DNA of 64,000 nt. Origin: Eledone cirrhosa (lineage: Eukaryota). Positions 41,461-56,200 of this stretch are shown here, in pieces. Position numbers and translations under genes: made by a program. How positions within the stretch are numbered: position 1 is the first letter of the stretch; each line of letters opens with the position of its first letter. Under the pieces are notes generated by a model, which did no database searches, was not told where the DNA came from, and saw nothing but the letters and a program-made list of their open reading frames with translations. The DNA is taken from NCBI GenBank assembly GCA_964016885.1, contig OZ024741.1:293632001-293696000 (forward strand), given 5' to 3'.

Positions 41461-42285
41461 ATCTGGCTTATCTCAGTATACTCATCCAAAAATGAGTACC
41501 AGCAGCAAAAGCTGGGGTTTTAACATTGTGCTTGTCTGGCATCCTGTCCAGGGGGAAGAAGTCTTGTACTCTCTGTTGCTTCACACCACAAACTAGGATA
41601 AACCTGATGAGCCTCTGAGCTCGGGACAGATTTTAGACTTGGAATCCACCACTAACAATAATTCTGCCTTTTTGCTGCCTTACATATGTACTGAAAATAT
41701 TGAAAAGCTTGCTATTTTCAAGCAAACAAAGTGAACAGCTAACATGCATTTTGCAAATGCACTCAGCAAATGCACTTGGCAAATACAAGCAGAATTGTAA
41801 AAATATATCAGACTTTTCTAAAGTTTAACATGTAACACCTATCATTCACTGTTAACAGTCATTAAACTGTAGTCATGCTGGAGCAGCATCTTATTCTCTG
41901 TTAGAAATCATCTCCTTTTTTCTATATAAAGAGTAAAGACCCCATTCTGTTAAAAATGACCATGGAATTTGCACCTAGAAAGTTACCTTTCTGCGGCAGA
42001 AGTCCGGGCAAGGTTTTTGTGGAAGACCATCCATCGCCTATGTGTACGTGTCTCCCTTCTCCATACAACTGATGTTGTCCAAAGGAAAGGCAACAGTTGA
42101 ATGAACTGGAGCAATGTGAAATAAAGTTTCTTGCTTAAAGACACGACACACTGCCCAGTCCGAGAATCACACTCATTCACAACCTAGCAATGGTGAGTCT
42201 GAGGTTGTAACCACTAGGTTTCACTTTTTATATATAAAAAAAATAAAAAATACATACATACACATACACACACACGTACACAGAT

Positions 42286-42322
<37 letters not shown>

Positions 42323-43569
42323 ATGTGTGTGTGTGTGTTACTTTTTTCTTTCTCTACAATGAGAAGTTATTCAATTTTCTACTTCACAACCAAAAGAATT
42401 GGTTCTCCAAAAGTAAGTTGGGAACAATATCTCTAACTTTACTCTTGCATATAGCTTAAATATTCCACTTGTAATCAAATATTCACAGGGTAATCTGTCT
42501 CATAAATCTGATTAAGCAAATCTTTCCTACCTGAAGACAGTCTAATGTTATATTTGTTATTTGTGTTATTGTTGTCATCTTCCATGTCTGTAACATGTTC
42601 CTTACAAGAAATTTCTTCTGGTTTCTCTTTGGTTTTCTTCTAATATTTCACATGTTTCTTTTTTCACCATTTTTTCTTTTCTATTTTCTTTCGAGTTATT
42701 CCTTCCAGTGCCAAAACAACATCAACAAAAACAGCAGCAACAACATAAAACCTTATAAGAATATGAAGACACAAGTTGTAAATTCTACTAAGAAGAATTT
42801 ACAAAAATGTGATGGATTTATAGTTAATATTTTCTATGTATGACTATCATATTAACCATGTCTTCTTAAATAAAATAATGCTGTCTTTTGTACTAATTTT
42901 CTATCATTATAGTATTTATCTTTTACTTTTTATTTATTCATTTATCTAATAAAACACTAGTGCATGGCTGGCTGGCTGCTGGATTTTAATTTGTTGGAAA
43001 TTTGCTGTTTTAAGAAACCACAAAACATTAAATGGAGAACATATGAAATAAACTAATGTGAGAAAAAGAATATGATTGGACGGATATGCAACTAAATGAA
43101 AATAACATGTAGAAGACATAGTTATTATATTGGTGTGAAAGAAACATATTACATTAGCAGTTTCTGTTGGCTCTTTTGTCGCCATCATTTTTTTCCTTCA
43201 TAATCTTCATTTTCTGTCTTCTTCCAATTTCTCCATTATAATTGTATTCCGGCTTTCTATGCTGTCTTGAATTGGAGTAGGATTGAGGGCATGGGGGAAG
43301 AACACCTTCAGCATTACCAGGAGAAGTGAGGTAAAAGGTATACAATTAGAATTACACCTGGCCACTCCAAACAAATATTTCCATGTTCTGTCTAACACTG
43401 TAATTGCACATCAAGGATTGGGATATAAAGTTGTTAATGGATCCACAATTGAAGGAGAATAGGATCTCCATCAAATTTAATAGACACATATAGTAATGGA
43501 AGGAGTCTTTGAGGACTTTGTCCCCACACCCTAGGAATAAGTGGACGAAGAAGGAGCAGGAAGATAATA

Positions 43570-43900
43570 ATAATGGTTTCTGATTTAGACACAAGGTCAA
43601 CAATTTGGTGGGAGGAGAAAGGCAATTAAATCAACCCAAGTACATTCCTGATACTTTATATTATCGACCCCATAAGGATGAATGACAAAGCTAACCTCTG
43701 CAGGATTTGAGATCAGAACGTAAAGAGCCATAACTCTATGCTGCTAAGCATGTTATCCGATGCTCTACCGATGCTGCCAGTCAATCGCCCTAAATAATAA
43801 TAATATTAATTGTTTCTACTTTAGGCACAAGGCCAGCAATTACCCAGTATATTACTGGAACTTTATTTTATCGACCCCGTAAGGATGAAAGGCAAAGTTA
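43570..43900 (-). mobile_element. Two SINE B copies
   Basis: Family core motifs on -. Confidence 0.8.
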
Positions 43901-45450
43901 AATAATAATAATAATAATAATAATGAGGAGGAGGAAGAGGAGGAGAAGAAGACAAAGTAGAAGAATGTTGAATAGTATATCATAATTGGTAAAATATTGT
44001 CTGATATAGAAATAACATTTAAAAAGTGTAGTCAAATGGTATTATTTTATATGTGAGAGTCAGACTGTGCCAAATGTATGTGCTGTCACCGCTCCTGTTC
44101 ATTATTTTCATGAACAAGATTGACATACACAGCTGGGTTATATTTATTATGTATTAAAATACATAAATAATACCATGAATCGATATCATAATAATCGACA
44201 TCATCAATTAATGGCCATTTTTCACAGTGATGATGTTGATCATATATATATATATATATTTTAACACTTGGCATTAGTAATACACTCACATATAAATTTT
44301 TGTTTTAGACACTCTCATGCTCTGCCTCCCCATCGCCCCTACAAAATCTCCCCTATAAAAAAACAGGAAAATATTACATGAATCAATATATATATAAATG
44401 TATATATAAAATAAAATATCAAAAACACGACTTATAGATAACATTTTACATATACACCTCCCATTCTGTACAGTGCCTCTGGCCAGTGAGTGTCAAAGTA
44501 AGAGCCATTAATGTTCTTGCAGTATCATGTCTTTGTGTGTGGTTGTATCAGCCGTTGTGTGTGGTTGTATCAGCCGTTGTGTGTGGTTGTGTCAGAAATT
44601 GTGTGTGTTTGTGTCAGAAGTTGTGTGTTGTTTATTAGCCAACAGATAAGTTACCAGTGTTAACAGTGGTCAGTCTTCTAGAAAATAGATAAGTGGAACA
44701 AAGACAGGACAAAAGTAAACTCAAAACAATTGGTCAACAACTACATCTCTCTCCCCCTCATGTTCTCAGTCTCTTTCTCTCTCTCTCTCTCTTTTTCTCT
44801 CGTGACTCAGATATTGTTACATCTGTATGTATGTATGTGTTTGTGTGTGCATGTGCATGTGTATATATATGGACATTTATACATATATATAGGTGTGTAT
44901 GTATGTATATATATATGTGTGAGTATGAGTGTATATATGTATTTAAATATATATGTGACTTATGTCCGAAATATAAAGACTCTTTTCCTATTATATCAAG
45001 CATTAAATTAATATATTTCTTCATTGTACTGTGTTGTTTGCTTTGTTGTTAATGTTGATATATATATATATGCACACGCACACACACATATACATATATA
45101 TATAGGTGCATATACATATATATACGCACACACACATATACATATATAGGTGCATATACATATATATACACACACACACATATACATATATAATATACAT
45201 ATGTATAGATATATATATATACACACACATATGTATAGATACATATGTATATATATATATATATATACACACATATATATAGATATGTATAGATATATAT
45301 ATACACACACATATATATAGATATGTATAGATATATATATATATATACACACACATATGTATAGGTACATATGTATAGATATATATATACACACACATAT
45401 ATACATTGCACATATATATGTGTATAAATGTATATATATATATATGCATA

Positions 45451-45537
<87 letters not shown>

Positions 45538-46282
45538 TTATACACACACAAATATATACAATTGTGGAAATACCCAACAAACAAAAGCCCCTAGATCATC
45601 ATACTGTATACAAGACAAACTAGATGTAAACTACAATGTGAGAGATTCTCTTCTTTCAGCTAACACTATCTGAAGAATGTTTATTTGTAAGAACATGCAT
45701 CTATGATGACGAGATACCCTCTAAGCTGGAATTGTACATCTATCATCATTTTACATCCATTCTTCCATATGTGCATGTGTTGGACAAGTAGTTTTAGTAA
45801 GGTTATACTGGATTGAATGACCTACCTATCACCAATAACTTTACAGTGTGGATTGGATGCAGGCAGTATTGGTAAAGCGTCAGACACCATGCTTCACGGT
45901 ATAGTTATGTCCCTTTACGTTCTGAGTTAACCTCTGCAGGGTCGATAATATAAAGTACCAGTCATGCATGGGTCGATTTAATCAACTTTCCCCTCCCCTA
46001 AATTGCTGGCCTTGTGCCTATAGTAGAAATCATAAGCGTTTGTGTCTTACCAAACTAAAAGGTCCTCCCTGTCCTGTATCAGCTTTTATTTAGAGTGACT
46101 GCTCTCCATGGCTTATTGACCCCATTCTTACTCTGTGCAGTCTATGTATTATGTATATACTTAGGTATTATATGCATGCCACCAAGGTATTGTACATATA
46201 CTTATATGATAATCGAGTTCTCACCATGGACATATTGTGAGTTGTTTGAAATTAACATGTAAGTGGCTGAGCATTACATATA

Positions 46283-46916
46283 CTAGCAGAAAAACCACCC
46301 TTCCGATGGTTTTCTGCTAGCATGTGTAGTGTGTATATTGATATTTTACGCAGGTATATATACATAGAGATATGATACATCAAATAAAATCGTAATTGAC
46401 AATATAATCAGAAATTGAATGAAGACTGCGTTACGTGTCTTATTTAATCAGTAACATAATCCATGACACATTAGGAGAAAATTTGTGACGGAAATATATG
46501 AATATTTATTTAAGCGATCGCCACCGGAAGTGTTGACATTTGAAAATTTTAAAGAAGTGAATCTTTAAATAAATAATAAAATATATTTAATGAACAGCCA
46601 CGAAATTTAGTAGATAAATTATGTAATATTCATTCATTGGTGAATAGGCAGTATCGGTAGAGGGCTGGACGCCATGCATTCTAGCATAGTTACGTCCCTT
46701 TACAGTCTGAGTTCAAATCCCGCCGAGGTTAACTTTGCCTTTCATCCTTACAGGGTCGATAAAATAAAGTACCAGTAATGTACTGGGATAATTGCTGGCC
46801 TTGTGCCTAAAGTAGAAACAATTATTTATTCAAAGTAATCCAACTTATTTTACTAAGGGGATAAAATATTATAAACCGTACACAATCCTGTGCTTCTTAC
46901 TTTATTATAGTTTAGA
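46283..46916 (-). mobile_element. Non-autonomous Helitron with nested SINE B (~46640-46825)
   Basis: a|ctagcagaaaaaccac..tggttttctgctag hairpin end and tatagtttaga|t end. Confidence 0.85.
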
Positions 46917-47146
46917 TATGTCTACCTATAACATACTTCTCATAGAGATTTAGCATGCTGGAGTGTTTGACAAAGCTGGCTGTTTATATTACAGCTGCAA
47001 CTCATTTTTGCCAGCTAAATATAAAACCTCCGTCCTTCCTGAAATTTGCCAACACTACACCTGATACCCCTCCTCCATACACATGCACACATGTATATCA
47101 TACACTGTTCACTCTCCTGACATTTGTACATTATTTGATGTACTAG

Positions 47147-47556
47147 TGGTGGCTTGGCAGTATCGGTAGAGGGTCGGACGCCATGCTTTCCAGCATAGTT
47201 ACGTCCCTTTGCGGTCTGAGTTCAAATCCCACTGAGGTTAACTTTGCCTTTCATCCTTACGGGGTCGATAAAATAAAGTACCAGTAATGCACTGGGTAAT
47301 TGATGGCCTTGTGCCTAAAGTAGAAACAATTATTTGATGTACTATTTGAAGCATAGAGTTACCTCCCTGTATGATCTGAGTTCAAATCCCGCCGAGGTTA
47401 ACTTTGCCTTTCATCCTTACAGGGTCGATAAAATAAAGTACCAGTAATGAACTGAGTAATTGCTGGCCTTGTGCCAAAAGTAGAAACAATTATTTGATGT
47501 ACTATACATGCACCTTTGATGAGTTGTAGTGTACCTGAGCACTGTTCACAATTATT

Positions 47557-47591
<35 letters not shown>

Positions 47592-48035
47592 AGGGTGGTG
47601 GATTGGCAGTATTAGTAGAGAGTTGGACACCTTGCTTTGCAGCAAAGAGTTATGGCCCTTTATGATCTGAGTTCAAATCCCGCAGAGGTTAACTTTGCCT
47701 TTCATCCTTACGGGGTCAATAAAATAAAGCACCAGTAATGTACTGTGGTTGATTTAATCAACTTTCCCCCCTCCCCTCCCCAAATTACTGGCCTTGTGCC
47801 TATGTAATAAACCAGTATTATTATTATCATAAATAGGGTGGTAGATTGGTAGTATCGGTAGAGGGTCGGACGCCATGCTTTCAAGCATAGAGTCACCTCC
47901 CTTTATGATCTGAGTTCAATTTCCGTCGAGGTTAACTTTGCCTTTCATCCTAACAGGGTCAATAAAATAAAGTACCAGTAATACACTGGGATAACTGCTG
48001 GCCTTGTGCCAAAAGTAGAAACAATTATTATTATC
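47147..48035 (+). mobile_element. Array of four same-orientation SINE B copies
   Basis: Cores at ~47240, 47400, 47690 and 47935; repeated TSDs. Confidence 0.9.
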
Positions 48036-48289
48036 ATAAATAAAATAAATAGACTGAAGCAATTGGAAATAAAGGGTCTTGCCCAACGACCAACTGTACT
48101 GCTCGATCTGAGAATGGAAGTCACAATCTTAGGATCATGATGCCAGCACCCTATCCACTAAGTCACATGTCTATAACGCACACACATTCATCAGATCTAA
48201 GCCTGAGTATCATATTTAAACTGTTACATACATATATTTATCTTCTTTTTGTGAATATATCTTTCTCTCTCTCTCTATCTCTCTATCTA

Positions 48290-48345
<56 letters not shown>

Positions 48346-48437
48346 GGTATGCACAAAAACACACACACACATATATATATATATGTATATATACACATAC
48401 ACACTCACACACCCACACAGATGAATATATGTTCATA

Positions 48438-48490
<53 letters not shown>

Positions 48491-49524
48491 GTGTGTGTGC
48501 ACACAAACCTAAGCAGACACACACCCACGTACATATATGTGTATGTGATATATATGTCTCTTTCTCTCTCTATATATATATTTGTGTGTGTGTGTGTGTT
48601 AGATGATGTTGATTGTTAAGAAAGAACTAAGATAACAATGACATGAACACGAAAATGTCTCTTGCTATAAAATGTACAACTAAAATTGGCAATGATTTTC
48701 TACTTCATCTTTTTTTTACTTCTGTCACCATCATCATCCACACCATAATCACCATTATCACAATCATCATCATCTTCAACATCATCATCATTAATCTCAT
48801 CCTCATCATCCTCAGCAGCAGCAGCATCACCATCATCATCATTGTCATCATCATCATTGTCATTATCATCATCATCATCATCATCATCATCGTCACTGTA
48901 TTCATCATAATAGATGCTGTCAGCCTCATAATCATCCTCATTATCACCATCATCATCAATATCGTCATCATATTATTAACCTTACTCTTGTCCTTATCAT
49001 CATCGTCATCATCATCAACTTCACCTTACACCCCCCCCATCATATCATGTCTTCTATTCCTACATTGACTGGTTGACCAGCTTTTAAAAGTTTTACTGAT
49101 TCAGAAAAGCCAGCAACCCTCCTTTCAGCTTTATAATGCCTCCAAAACGAAGAAAATCTATACAGTTACATACATCTTTTAGTAGCGTCTTTCAACGTCT
49201 TATTTATTTCTGCCTGTTTGGTTTTGTATTGTTTATTGTTCCAGTTGTTCTTATTGTTGTAGTTGTAGTTGTTGTACCTCTTGTTTTTTTTTTATTTGTT
49301 TTTTTATTTTACTATTTTATGGTTTGTTTTTGTTTTTTGCATTGTTGTTGCTGCTGCTGCTGATGTGGCTGTTAAAGATTATGCGATTGCGTGTGGTCCC
49401 CGAAGCAAAGTGACATTTAGAATTTTCATAAAAAGACATTGCAATTCTTTATAAGATTCTTTACGCAAAAATACCTTTTGTTGAATCATCAAGGGAGGGA
49501 ACTAAATGTGTTTTATTATAGAGC

Positions 49525-49595
<71 letters not shown>

Positions 49596-49731
49596 GTATA
49601 TATATATATATACATATTGCATATTTGTGTATAGATATGCATATATGTCTCTCTATCTATCTGTATGTATCTATATATGCATGTTTATATATATAAGTAT
49701 GTGTGTGTATAAGTGCATGTGAAAATATATA

Positions 49732-49814
<83 letters not shown>

Positions 49815-50185
49815 TGTGTATGAGATATGCATATATACACACATATAAACAGAAATGTGACATAGATATAATATGCATTTAAAAAATAAACAAAACGAGC
49901 TAAATAGAATTAACGTACAATTGATTTAGTATTGTAAATGTTGTTGCCGTTCTTTTCTCTTCACCCCCTACCTCTACTTATCATTGCTCCTCCTCATAAC
50001 TCAACTCCTGAAAGTTTCATCAGATTTCATGATGGAATACAGAAAGAATACCTATTATAATTCTCAGTTTTTACAAGTATAATATATATGAATAGTTATA
50101 ACTATTTGAATATATTATATGTCATCCTTCACTGCCTCTCCCTCCTCTTCATCATCGGTATCATCTTCCTTGTTTGAAATAATTT

Positions 50186-51408
50186 GGGATGCACTGATAA
50201 GCATATTGGTCAACTGGCAATTAATAGGCCTTGTCTTATCAGCTGATATTGATTAATTGGCCATGGATTATCTATAATGTAATTATATATTGTGGTATGC
50301 AAATGTGTATTATAATTAATTGTAAGCAATATATTATAATATTTCCTAATTAATCACAATTATGGAGCTATTATTTGCAAATTCTCTAACAATGGAGACA
50401 TTTTCAATTCTTTAGATCATGATTTGTGAATTTAAAAATTTAATTATTAAATTTTCTTTTTTCTTTTAGTAATTTAACACATTAACATTTACATTATATA
50501 TACTGTATAGTATAATCACATCTATATATACTATATAGTATATTTGCATCTATATATACTATTATATTTTCACAGTAAACACTTTACCTCACATAATTAT
50601 CTCACATAATATCGAATCTATGAGATTTTCATATTATTTCTTTTGAGAACAAAACCTTAATATCAGTATGAATGGTCAGTACAACCGTTTTGAACAAAAA
50701 GCAGTGAGAGAATTCTGGCCAGATATGGCCGTTTTAAATGCTAAATGGGTAAGATAACAGGCATCAATATTACTAGAACAAGGTTGTAGGATTAGCAGTA
50801 TCGGTAGATTGTCGGACTACATGCTTTGCGTCATATTGTTGCAGCCCTTTACATTCTGAGGTCAAATCCTGCTGGAGTTAGCCTTGCTTTTCCTCCTACA
50901 TGGTCAATAAAAGTACCAGTAACACATAGGGGTCAGTTTACTTGACTTTCCCCTCCTCCAAAATAACTGGCCTTGTGCCTAAATCAGAAACCATTATTAC
51001 TAGAATATTTATGAATACCTTTAAAAAATCTTAATTGAAATCATTATAATCTTAAAACGAATTATTTTTTCAAAGATCACTTAAACACATATCTTCTCAT
51101 GTGAAAATATGTGTTACTCTTCTAATTTGACACCCTTTAAACTACCGAGAGTTATACCACCTGGGCAGTCCCACTGAATTTCCAATTGTGTAGATTTTGT
51201 TTGAGGAATAGGAACAGTCATATTCCACTGGTCAACCTAGATTGTGTGTCCTAGTAAATAATATATTTTTCTTGTACATTTCAAAACAATAATAAAAAAC
51301 AAAAATGCCTGATTATCAAAACTGATGAATTGGCCAAAAAAGCAGATACTGATTAATTGTTAAAATGGCTGACACCAATTATTTGCCAATTAATCAGTGT
51401 AACCTTAA
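50186..51408. mobile_element. Possible decayed hAT-like MITE containing a SINE B (50780-50998)
   Basis: gggatgcactgat... versus ...aattaatcagtgtaacctta; subterminal gattaattgg/ccaattaatc motifs. Confidence 0.35.
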
Positions 51409-51711
51409 TTATAACAACAACATTGTTGGTGCCTCAATAGAATTCACTTAGTACAGTCTATAAAGTGGTTAGTGAACAAGTAGAACAATTTGGTTTTGAG
51501 CAGAAACTTAAGTCCTGCTGAGGACATGACAAGCTCCCCTGTGCTAGGGCTACAAGGAAACAGTATTCTGTACACTCTTGAAAGTGTTTGGCAAACTAGA
51601 GGAGAAATAGGTGAAGACTTTAGACATGCAGAGGATATAACATGTTCTATTAAAGTATCCAATAGCCAATTGGTGGTGTTGTTAAACTGGGTGATACATC
51701 AAGTCTACCAT

Positions 51712-51990
51712 CCAACAATAGGTGTAGTTTCTCTAACATAGATATCCAGACAGATTCTGTCTACCAAATTTCAAATCAAGACTTTGATCAACCGAAGTCT
51801 ATGGTAGAAAACTTTTGTTAAACTGAGTGCCACATCAAGTTTACCACCCAATAATAGGTGTAGTTTCTCTAACAATAGGCATCCAAGGCTATGGTAGAAT
51901 ACTTTTGTTAAACTGAATGACACCCAATAATAGGTGTAGTTTCTCTAACAATAGGCTTTCAAGGCTATGGTAGATTACTTTTGTCCAAGG
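51712..51990 (+). repeat. Local triplication of a ~75-bp unit
   Basis: aataggtgtagtttctctaaca and ctatggtaga.acttttgt each x3. Confidence 0.8.
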
Positions 51991-53361
51991 TGTTTTGTAA
52001 GCTGCTTGACCTTGAAACCACATAATTGTGAAACAATCTTAAACACACATCCATCAAATTAGCCTTATTCATTTATTTACAATTTATGCTGAAACATTAA
52101 AAGGAATAATACAAGTGAGCAAGCCAATTGTTTCAAACAACTTGCATCAGTTATTATATTTTATTATCCTTGATTTCACTTTTTAATTTGTGCTTCTCTC
52201 TTTAACCATGATTAAATGTAAAATTGATGTATGTAGTCAAAAACAGTGTGGCAAATGATAAAAATATATTGAAAATGTCATAAGTATAAATCTCTTCTGA
52301 TGCCAATCTTTTTGTCATGTGTGTGTATGTGAATATATATATATTTAAGAAAATTATGTTTTTTTAAATGTTGTCCCTCACAGGTAAAAGTATGAACCTT
52401 CAGCTATAATATAAACATTAATGATAAGATGTTTATAACATATATAACATGTTAATCATCATATTAACATTATATCATCATATAAGGTGGCGAAATGGCA
52501 GTCATTAAAATGTCGGATAGAATGCTTTGTGGTATTTGTTCCAGCTTTCTGATTTCAAATCCCACTGAGGTCAACTTTGCCTTTCATCCTTTCGAGGTCA
52601 ATAAAAATAGTAGCAGTCCTGTACTGGGGTCGATTCTTCCTCTATGTCCCTTTCTCACTTCCTCTCTCACACTGTCTATCCTTCTCTGGAAGAAATCTCC
52701 TGAACTCAGGCCTGGATGAGGCTTAAAATGCCCAAGAAACGTATGTCAATTCAGTGATCCTATGATTCTATCAGGATTTATGGAACCATACCATCATATT
52801 AATATTATCAGACATCATCTGATTATAAATGTTTTTCATAACATTTGTATAACATGCTGCATGACATGTTATTATTATATATATATTCGATATCATTATA
52901 TGACTCTGTTGGGAGTGAGGTATGGATTTGTAGATAAGAAGTTGGCTTCACCTCCATGTCATTTTGGATTTTATTCCACAGCATGAAACCTTGGGCACAT
53001 GTCTTCTACAACTGTCTTAAAGCCACATGATGATAACATGGTATTAATATAACACATGGTATATCATTATATTGTGATAAACATATTTTATATAATATTA
53101 TCACATCCTGGATATAATAATAATACAGTATCTTTGATATACTATTTTGATATCTTGGATATCATTATACTAATATAATATACTGGATATCATATTATTA
53201 CAAATATATTTGATATCAATACATTACTATAACATCCAGGATATCACTAGATTACTGTAAGCATTTTTGATATTACAAAATTACTATATGAATATCATTT
53301 ATATCATGATGTTATTATAATGTCTTTGATGTCTTAATATTACAATACATATATATATGGT

Positions 53362-53707
53362 GGGGACACATGGCTTAGTGGTTAGAGCATTGGCCTAGCA
53401 ATCGAAAGATTGTGAGTTCAATTCTCAGACCAGGTGATGTGTTGTTTCCTTGAGCAAGACACTTTATTTCACATTGCTCCAGTTTACTCAGCTGTAGAAA
53501 TGAGATGATAGGACTGGGGTCCCTATCATTCCACTGCAAAGTGGTCGTCGAGGTGCCACGGCAAAAAAGCACCCAGCACTCACTGTAAATGAGGTTGGTG
53601 TTAGGAAGGGCATCCAGCTGTAGAAATCAAGCCAGAATCAGTTCCCGTCCCACCCTTGCAAGCAGGGAAAAGTGGACGTAAAATGATGATGACGATGATG
53701 ATGATGA
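53362..53707 (+). mobile_element. SINE family A, full length
   Basis: A box tggcttagtgg, B box gagttcaattc, CORE-like ccttgagcaagacacttt..ctcagctgtagaaatgag, 3' tail shared with the RTE UTR, (GAT)n. Confidence 0.9.
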
Positions 53708-54067
53708 ACCACTTTGCTACACACACACACACACACACACACATACATATTTGTCTTAATAGACACCTGAACTGTTGACCTATCAACATGACTGCAACTC
53801 AATCAAGCAGAAAAGGACACTCTTCGACAAACTTACATTTAGTGCGAAACCAGTTCGCGTTAAAATCAATTTAAACATTCACGTGACTTCTACCGACCAA
53901 TCAAAACTATTTTGACTACAAGAATTTTTGCAACACGCATTGGTGCGAAATTTATAGTGCTTATTCATGTGACATTCAACAACCAACCAAATCTTAATAC
54001 CTCCCAAGCCATGTTTTTCACATAAAACAGGAGGAATTTCCAAAACTGATCAGATTAGAGCAAAAAT

Positions 54068-54250
54068 CATGAGCGCTCTATCTCAAAATTATTTTTGAAA
54101 TGCATAAGAAATGCGCAACTGGTAAAAACTTAAAACTAAAACTGAATACTAACTAATACTTATTACTAATTTATACTTATTCCTAATTAAACTATTTTTC
54201 ACTTGGAAAAATTTGTCAGCATTTTCTTTTCCTTTTTACTAATATATATA
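54068..54250. repeat. Dispersed repeat, second copy at 56608-56790 (possibly Helitron-like end)
   Basis: catgagcgctctatctcaaaattatttt...ttttcctttttactaatatata shared. Confidence 0.7.
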
Positions 54251-54858
54251 TCTACATATTATATTTACTATACCATCTTGGATCTAATTGCCTTACTCCA
54301 ACAACTTCAATATCATTATATTGCCATAAATATGTTTGATATTGTTATATTTACTAAGCCATCTTGGATAGCATTTATATCACAATAACATCTTATAGTT
54401 ATATATTATTACTGTGACACTACAATGATTTGCTGACTGCCATAATCATATCTTTTCATACGGTAGACAGCTTACTTTTATTGTTTGTGATTAGTTTTAT
54501 TTCTAATAGAAGATAAAAATCTATACATACACAACTAAAAAACATTTAAGATCAAAGACAATAGTAAAAAAAAATGATGTATTATGAGATTATATTAGAA
54601 AAAAAATATCTGAGTTACTATTTCTGTCAGAGAATGTTTGTGTGAATATATGCATATATATATATGTATATATATATATATGCTTGTATTAAGTAATATT
54701 GTAATGCAGATATAATCCGAGGAAAACACAAAATGGGCTTCCTGGTATATTCTGATAAAAAGAACTAGAATAATCTAAAATTAAGATTAAAGCAATGTAC
54801 ATGCAAATATACACACATAAGTATATACAGTTGCATGTATTAATGTATATAGTGTGTA

Positions 54859-54924
<66 letters not shown>

Positions 54925-55312
54925 ATGGATGCATTCGAAATATTATCTGTTGATAGATTTATCTTACTTTGGTGTTTATAAAATAAATCTCTTTTAAGGA
55001 TAATCCATTGTTATAGAATACAGTTTAGAGAATGCTTGGTTATAAATTTCCAAAACAATTGTGAACATGTAGCAAGATAATATCTACATCTATATAATAT
55101 ATGCACCACTCAATACACAAATAGATGTATACATACACAGGGACCTATATAAGCATTCTTGCATGTATTTGTGCCCCCCCCCCCCCACATACACACACCC
55201 ACACACCCACTTCCATATATATATGATTATGGGTGGATTTCGAAAAGGTGTCAGGAGGTGAGCATAGTTAAAAGGTACTCAATAAGTTGGTAGAGTATAT
55301 ACATATTTATTC

Positions 55313-55451
55313 TATATAGAAATGGCTTCTACAGGACTTGAGCTGTTTCATTCATATGAAATCACCAGGAATGTCAGACAAAATTATCTGACTTTCCTGA
55401 TGATTTCATACAAATGAAACATTCTAGTATTGTAGAAGTCATTTCTATATA
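55313..55451. ncRNA. Fold-back with hammerhead-like motifs, same family as 21498-21620
   Basis: tgactttc-CTGATGA-tttcatacaaat-GAAACa..tGTA-gaagtca at 55389-55441, with an antisense arm. Confidence 0.6.
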
Positions 55452-55633
55452 AAAAATATATATATATATAATCATTTTTATATCCATTTATCCATGCATT
55501 TTTCCAATTGTTGCAGTCGCTGAAATTTAGCTTCATATCATGAAACCAGCTTCCACTATATATATATCTATATACATATATATATATACGTATATATATA
55601 TATGTATATATATATATGTATATATATATAATG

Positions 55634-55664
<31 letters not shown>

Positions 55665-55725
55665 GTATATATATATAATGTATATATATATATGTATATA
55701 TATATATATGTATATATATATAATG

Positions 55726-55756
<31 letters not shown>

Positions 55757-55767
55757 GTATATATATA

Positions 55768-55944
55768 CTCTACCAACATGCTAAAATAGAACATAAGGGT
55801 AAATTAGAGAACATAGAATTAAAAATAGAATCTACACACAGAAAAGACGCAATGTTTAGACAAATCACAGAGGCAATAAACATAAAAGAATTACAACCAA
55901 AATTAAATAGAAAATATGAGTGGAACAGCAACATCACAACTTAA
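55768..55944 (+). pseudogene. C-terminal part of a Penelope-like GIY-YIG endonuclease
   Basis: [11 protein letters not shown]...[21 protein letters not shown] fits the H..EH / R...EA..I....P.LN signature; 5' end lost in (TA)n. Confidence 0.8.
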
Positions 55945-56157
55945 AATTAAGGACAAAATGAAAACACACACGCACATAGAACAAACAACCAACCGGTAAC
56001 ATGTAAATAAACAAATAAATAAATAAACGAATATAAACACACACAGACACCCGGATGTGGCGCATGCGCAGACTGAGCACACAACACACACACACAGAAA
56101 CAAAATGGCGTAGGACAGAACAAAGGAGAGGCACAAAAACAAAGAAAAGAATCCCCA

Positions 56158-56200
56158 GTCACTGAAGAGGTCACATAATGTGTGACGAAAGAACTTTGAC
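56158..56200 (+). ncRNA. Minimal type-I hammerhead ribozyme in the Penelope-like 3' repeat
   Basis: gtca-CTGAAGA-g-gtcaca taatg tgtgac-GAAAg aa cTT-tgac. Confidence 0.7.

Noticed and set aside
41624-41650. CTGATGA as a hammerhead core (also 17588, 45670, 50015, 51323)
   Set aside because: No correctly placed GAAA, stem III and stem I partners
43154-43345. Purine-rich minus-strand segment as an exon (similarly 19506-19660 and 36720-36841)
   Set aside because: Splice-like sites are present, but frames hit stops or lack recognisable homology; unsupported without RNA data
45008-45673. Many long IY/YI ORFs here and at 24.3-25, 37.4-37.9 and 56.3-56.6 kb
   Set aside because: Translations of (TA)n microsatellites
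47130-47505. CRISPR-like repeated 16-mer with spacers
   Set aside because: The intervening sequences are SINE copies and the repeats are target-site duplications in a eukaryotic context
53362-53435. tRNA gene
   Set aside because: A/B boxes continue into a SINE body and tail; it is a SINE head
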